DNA of 64,000 nucleotides from a bacterium (GTDB lineage Bacteria; UBA8248): NCBI GenBank assembly GCA_965221165.1, contig CBDCRP010000003.1, positions 1,568,001 to 1,632,000 of the forward strand, read 5' to 3'. Shown piece by piece: positions 59,443 to 64,000 of this stretch (position 1 is its first letter; each line of letters starts with the position of its first letter). The notes under the pieces were generated by a model. It saw only the letters and a program-made list of their open reading frames with translations, ran no database searches and was not told where the DNA came from. The position numbers and the translations under genes were made by a program.

Positions 59443-61023
59443 CTACTCCTCATCTTCGCTTGCGTCTTCAGGCGAATCCGCCGGGCGCGCCCCGGGAGCG
59501 CCGGCCTCCGCGGCGAGGGACCAGGCCCGCGATATCGCCACTGCGGCTTGCTGAAAGAGGATGGCGCAATAGTCGACCTCATCATCGGGTATCTCTCGCG
59601 GCGTATCGAAGTAAAAAGAGGCCACCCCCACCGCTCTTCCCAGGGCGACCATCGGAAAGACCACGGCTCCGCGCACCTTTTCGATCTTGAGCGCCTCGGG
59701 CGCGTCGTACCACGCATCGATAGAGGGCACCTCGACGATTTCTTTTTCCCGGAGCGCGATTCTCTCCGGCAGACCCGAGGCGGGCGAGGCCAGGCCGCGC
59801 CGGTAGGCCTCGCCCAGGCGCGAGGAGCATAACTCCAAAAACCTGTCCACCCCATCGTCATACAGAGCGACGTAATACCTGTCGGTCGAGACGAAACGGG
59901 AGACTTCCCCCGCGACGGCGATGATGACGTCGCGAAAGTGCGCTCCGCCCGCCACCGATTCACTCACCCTGGAGATGAGCGCGAGTTGCTCCGAACCAAG
60001 CTGCCGTCCGGAGACCGCCTCCCCCGTCTGCGCTTCGTCCGTCCGGCGGACTGCGGGTTCGCTTCCGCTGCGGACCCCGAGAAAATAGAACAAGGCGAGG
60101 GATACGAGCCAGCCCGCCGCCAGCACGACGTCCAGTATCTTCAGCCCACCCCCTAAGTCCGCCATCCCCGAGCGGTCCGCCACGTGGACGAGGCGCAATT
60201 CCCTCACGCCCATCGCGAATATGGACTGCGCCATCGCGCGCTCATTCCGGTTCGCGGCGTTGAACGCGGCGGGGTCGCAGCAAGCCGGAATATCGAGGGC
60301 CGGGGCGAGTCGCCTCCTGAAAGCCCCGGCGACGCTGTCCGCCAGGAATTTCTCTCCTTGCCTGGCGAAGAGAATTTTCTGCTCGGGCTCGAGCAAGACA
60401 AAGACGCTCTCGCCGGGAACCAACGCACTCTTTCGCAGGGGCAACAAGGATTCCGCTGAAATGATGACGCCCCAAAAACCTTCGGTGGACGGCGAGGAAG
60501 CCAACAGAAAAACAACCGGCACGCCGCCCAGCGTGCTCGATTGAATATCGAACTTCCCCCTCGCGGGTTTCGCCCCCCTCTCTCGCCTCGACAACGAGAG
60601 GAACGAACGCCTCGCCCCCGCCCAGAGACCTCTTTCCTCGGGCCCCACCGCCGGCATCTCCCCCACCCTGCGCGAGCCGACAATCCCGCCTTGCTCATCG
60701 AGCAGCACCGAGGCGGCGAAGGAGTCGCGAGACTCCCCGCCCAGGAGGAACGAAAGCGCTTTCCCCACCCTCCTCGGGCCATCCGGAGCCGCGGCCATAA
60801 GCAACTCGGCCCCCCGGATCTTTCCGAGCAGGGCGTCGACGCGGCCTTGCATTCCGGCGCCGAAATCCTGCAGACGCCTCGCGTCGCGCTGCGCATACCG
60901 GCTTAGGACCGCACCCCGGTCGGCCCGGTGGGCGAAAAACATCGCAACCGCCGCGAAGAGGGCCGTGACAAGCGCAAAGAGCAAGAGCGGGGAAATTGAT
61001 TTTTTGGAATTTTCATCCATCAC
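59443..61023 (-). CDS. Membrane protein with C-terminal GAF domain
   Basis: Two hydrophobic segments flanking a large loop; GAF pattern AVVFPMVALGRAVGVASFY..QAAVAI. Confidence 0.65.
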   Translation of the reverse strand: MMDENSKKSISPLLLFALVTALFAAVAMFFAHRADRGAVLSRYAQRDARRLQDFGAGMQGRVDALLGKIRGAELLMAAAPDGPRRVGKALSFLLGGESRDSFAASVLLDEQGGIVGSRRVGEMPAVGPEERGLWAGARRSFLSLSRRERGAKPARGKFDIQSSTLGGVPVVFLLASSPSTEGFWGVIISAESLLPLRKSALVPGESVFVLLEPEQKILFARQGEKFLADSVAGAFRRRLAPALDIPACCDPAAFNAANRNERAMAQSIFAMGVRELRLVHVADRSGMADLGGGLKILDVVLAAGWLVSLALFYFLGVRSGSEPAVRRTDEAQTGEAVSGRQLGSEQLALISRVSESVAGGAHFRDVIIAVAGEVSRFVSTDRYYVALYDDGVDRFLELCSSRLGEAYRRGLASPASGLPERIALREKEIVEVPSIDAWYDAPEALKIEKVRGAVVFPMVALGRAVGVASFYFDTPREIPDDEVDYCAILFQQAAVAISRAWSLAAEAGAPGARPADSPEDASEDEE

Positions 61024-61112
61024 ACGTCGGCCGATGCCCCCGCCGGGCGCAGCGCCCGTAGCCTGGGGAAAAGCGATGCGCCCGCATACCGTCGGGCGAC
61101 GGATAGAACCGC

Positions 61113-62147
61113 CTAGCCCGCGGGCGCCCCGTTCGTTTTCGACGCGCCGCCATAGAGTTTTTCAGAGAAGTGACACGCCGCGAAATGGCCCGTCGCGATC
61201 TCCCGCATCGGCGGCTCCTCGTTGACGCACCTGTCTTCCTTGTAGGGGCATCTCGTATGGAACCTGCACCCCGAGGGAGGGTTCACGGGACTGGGCACGT
61301 CTCCGGTCAGGATCATGCGTTTTTTCTTGAGCGTCGGGTCGGGAATCGGCACGGCGGAGAGCAGAGCCTCAGTATAGGGATGCTTCGGCTCCATCACCAC
61401 CCTGTCGGCCGTGGACATCTCCACGATCTTGCCCAGATACATGACGGCGATGCGGTCGCTCACGTGCTGGACGACGGCCAGATCGTGCGCGATGAGCACG
61501 AACGCGATTCCGAACTCTTTTTGCAGGTCCTCGAGCAAGTTGATCACCTGCGCCTGAATCGACACGTCGAGCGCGCTGACGGGCTCGTCCGCGATGATGA
61601 GCTTCGGGTTGAGCGCCAGGGCGCGGGCGATCCCGATGCGCTGCCGCTGACCGCCCGAGAACTCATGGGGGTAGCGCCGTATATGCTCCGGCCTCAAGCC
61701 CACCCGGTGGAGAAGCGAGGCGACCTGCTCTTCTTTTTCCTTTCCTTTGGCGATGCCGTGGATGGTCAACGGCTCGCCGACGATGCTGCCTACCGTCATG
61801 CGCGGGTTCAGGGAAGCGTAGGGGTCCTGAAAGATGATTTGCATCTCCCGCCTCAGCCTGCGCATCGACTCCCTGTTCAGGGAGCAGACGTCGGTGCCCT
61901 GGAAGTTCACCTCGCCCGACGTCGGCTCGATGAGGCGCAGGATGGCCCGGCCGGTGGTCGATTTCCCGCACCCGCTCTCCCCGACCAGTCCGAGCGTCTC
62001 GCCCGGCTCCAAATCGAAGCTCACGCCGTCCACGGCGCGCACATAGTTGCGAACCCGGGAGAATACGCCCCCCCGAACGGGAAAGTGCTTCACCATATCT
62101 TTTACTTCGAGCAGTTTCTGGGCCACGGCCACGCCCCTCTTGTTCAA
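61113..62147 (-). CDS. Oligopeptide/dipeptide ABC transporter ATP-binding subunit (OppF/DppF)
   Basis: [41 protein letters not shown]. Confidence 0.92.
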   Translation of the reverse strand: MNKRGVAVAQKLLEVKDMVKHFPVRGGVFSRVRNYVRAVDGVSFDLEPGETLGLVGESGCGKSTTGRAILRLIEPTSGEVNFQGTDVCSLNRESMRRLRREMQIIFQDPYASLNPRMTVGSIVGEPLTIHGIAKGKEKEEQVASLLHRVGLRPEHIRRYPHEFSGGQRQRIGIARALALNPKLIIADEPVSALDVSIQAQVINLLEDLQKEFGIAFVLIAHDLAVVQHVSDRIAVMYLGKIVEMSTADRVVMEPKHPYTEALLSAVPIPDPTLKKKRMILTGDVPSPVNPPSGCRFHTRCPYKEDRCVNEEPPMREIATGHFAACHFSEKLYGGASKTNGAPAG

Positions 62148-62483
62148 TGAAAATTCGCATTATTCAATATATCTATATTCAATTTCTATCATTGAGGCCA
62201 CTGCCGGGCAAGTCGAAAAGAACTATCGACGCATCCGGAGAATAAATTCCCCGCCCGGGAAACGATTCCGCCTCGCACGGACGCGATGCGATTCAGCCCT
62301 CTCTCAAATATCCTTTCTGCTCCCGGCGCACCCGGTTCCCCCGACGCCATTGATCATGGAACCCCGTTTTGCTAGGTTTGGCGGTCAGCCCGCTTGGGCG
62401 GAAACCATTCGGCGAGATCATCCTCCATCGATCCGGGCGGACGCGCATCGAGGAGGCGATTCGTTTTATCACTGGAGAGGAAA

Positions 62484-62891
62484 ATGGCGAAAGAAGAAAA
62501 AAACGAAGCGGAAGCCACCGAACAGGAAACAGAGGCTCCCCAAGAGGAAGCGGCGGCTCCCCAACGGGAAGGTCCCGTTTTAACGGCGAAAGAGATCGAC
62601 AAGATGAACGTGCCCAAGCTCAAGGAAGCCGCCCTGGCGTACGGCGGAAAAATCTCGGGCGTGCACGGGATGGACAAAACCCAGTTGATACGGGTGCTCA
62701 AGGAGACAAACGACATTCCATTGATCGAGGCGAGGCGCACTTCCAAAATCGACAGAAGCTCCGTCAAGCAACGGATCAAATCTCTCAAAAGCATTCGGGA
62801 CGAACACATCGAGGCGAAGGACGACGTTCAGCTCAAGCGCGTGAGAAGGCGCATCAAATCGCTTCGCAGAAAACTGGTGCGAACCGCCTAG
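62484..62891 (+). CDS. Hypothetical protein (Rho-N-like helical motif, basic C-terminal coiled coil)
   Basis: GGAGAGG RBS; IDKMNVPKLKE..ISGVHGMDKTQLI. Confidence 0.6.
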   Translation: MAKEEKNEAEATEQETEAPQEEAAAPQREGPVLTAKEIDKMNVPKLKEAALAYGGKISGVHGMDKTQLIRVLKETNDIPLIEARRTSKIDRSSVKQRIKSLKSIRDEHIEAKDDVQLKRVRRRIKSLRRKLVRTA

Positions 62892-62904
62892 AGCGAATGC
62901 GGAA

Positions 62905-63924
62905 ATGAACGACGCTGCCTCGTCGGGAGAAAAAATGCCCGCAACGACATCATTGCCTCTTTCCTCAAACGGCGCTCCGAAATTCATAGACCGCATCCGG
63001 CGGGATGCGGCGCATCTGGAGCGCACGGAACTCTCCACGCTACAGGTCAACGTGGGCAAGTACTGCAACCAAAAGTGCGCGCATTGCCATGTGGGCGCGG
63101 GCCCGCACCGCAAGGAGATCATGACCGGGGAAACGGCGAGCCGCATCATCGAATGGCTCGAGGATACCCGAATCCCCAACGTCGACATCACGGGAGGCGC
63201 GCCTGAACTGAACCCCCACTTCAGGCGCATCGTCACCCGCGCCCGCCGCAAGGGCCGGAACGTGATGGTTCGCTGCAACCTCACGGTCGTGTATGAGCCG
63301 GGCGAAGAGGATTTAATCGATTTCTACCGCGAGAACCGGGTGGAACTCATCTGCTCGCTGCCTTGCTATCTCGAGGAAAACGTGAACGCCCAGCGCGGAG
63401 ACGGGGTGTTTGAAAAATCCATCCGCGCGCTCCGGGATCTGAACGAAGCGGGGTTCGGCCCTCCGGGAGATTTGCCCCTGAATCTCGTCTACAACCCCGT
63501 GGACGATCATCTCCCTCCCCCCCAGGAGGCGCTCGAGGCGGACTACAAACGAGAACTCCTCCGCCGCTACGGCATCCGCTTTCACCATCTCTACACCATC
63601 ACCAACATGCCCATCACCCGTTTCGCCAGTTATCTGAAGGTGAGCGGCAAACTGGATTCCTACATGGCCACGCTGCGCGAAGCCTACAATCCCGGGACGC
63701 TCCCCGGCCTGATGTGCCGAAGCCTCATCAGCGTGGGGTGGGACGGCGTCCTGTACGATTGTGATTTCAACCAGATGCTCGACATGTCCCTGGGCAACGG
63801 AACACCCCTGAAACTGTGGGACGTAGCACCCGCCGACCTGCTGGGCCGGGAAATTCTGCTGGGCGATCATTGCTTCGGCTGCACGGCCGGCGCGGGGTCG
63901 TCTTGCGGAGGCGCTCTGGCTTAG
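62905..63924 (+). CDS. Radical SAM protein, ArsS/DUF3641 family (Cys form)
   Basis: CNQKCAHCH, DITGGAPELN, YDCDFNQM, HCFGCTAGAGSSCGG. Confidence 0.85.
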   Translation: MNDAASSGEKMPATTSLPLSSNGAPKFIDRIRRDAAHLERTELSTLQVNVGKYCNQKCAHCHVGAGPHRKEIMTGETASRIIEWLEDTRIPNVDITGGAPELNPHFRRIVTRARRKGRNVMVRCNLTVVYEPGEEDLIDFYRENRVELICSLPCYLEENVNAQRGDGVFEKSIRALRDLNEAGFGPPGDLPLNLVYNPVDDHLPPPQEALEADYKRELLRRYGIRFHHLYTITNMPITRFASYLKVSGKLDSYMATLREAYNPGTLPGLMCRSLISVGWDGVLYDCDFNQMLDMSLGNGTPLKLWDVAPADLLGREILLGDHCFGCTAGAGSSCGGALA

Positions 63925-64000
63925 GAGGCGGAATTCCGAAAAATATTTGCCGGTTTGCCTCAAACCATCAAACTATGATGTTATCCGGTTTTGTTGTTCA

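Noticed and set aside
63860-63924. Selenocysteine in the ArsS-like C-terminus
   Set aside because: The codon is TGC (GSSCGG), so this is the Cys form; no arsM seen in the window, so arsenosugar synthesis is not claimed

Overview
Bacterial chromosomal window of mosaic GC content. GC-rich core catabolic and transport genes alternate with AT-richer blocks at about 5.4-9.5 kb, 11.6-19 kb, 23.4-24.55 kb, 29.2-30.1 kb, 35.3-38 kb and 54.9-55.3 kb (judged by eye). It contains: a complete 2-hydroxyisobutyryl-CoA mutase operon (hcmB-hcl-meaH-hcmA); a four-gene low-GC operon (unknown 185-aa protein, QatC-type QueC enzyme, XRE-HTH/ImmA metallopeptidase fusion, PIN-like protein) behind a consensus sigma70 promoter, which is the best candidate for an undescribed defence or protein-modification system; selA/selB; three UGA-read-through selenoproteins that the ORF track splits (a UGSC-family protein, GrdA, and GrdB of a non-canonical Grd reductase); a Dcm/putative endonuclease/Vsr island; an Aap-type ABC transporter and a TAXI-TRAP transporter; tRNA-Pro(TGG); an IS1111-group IS110 element whose downstream non-coding region carries readable target and donor guide segments; REP-like palindromes; two further dispersed repeat families; a secreted ankyrin protein; and several gene remnants. 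No CRISPR array was seen. All family assignments are from recalled motifs; no database searches were run.
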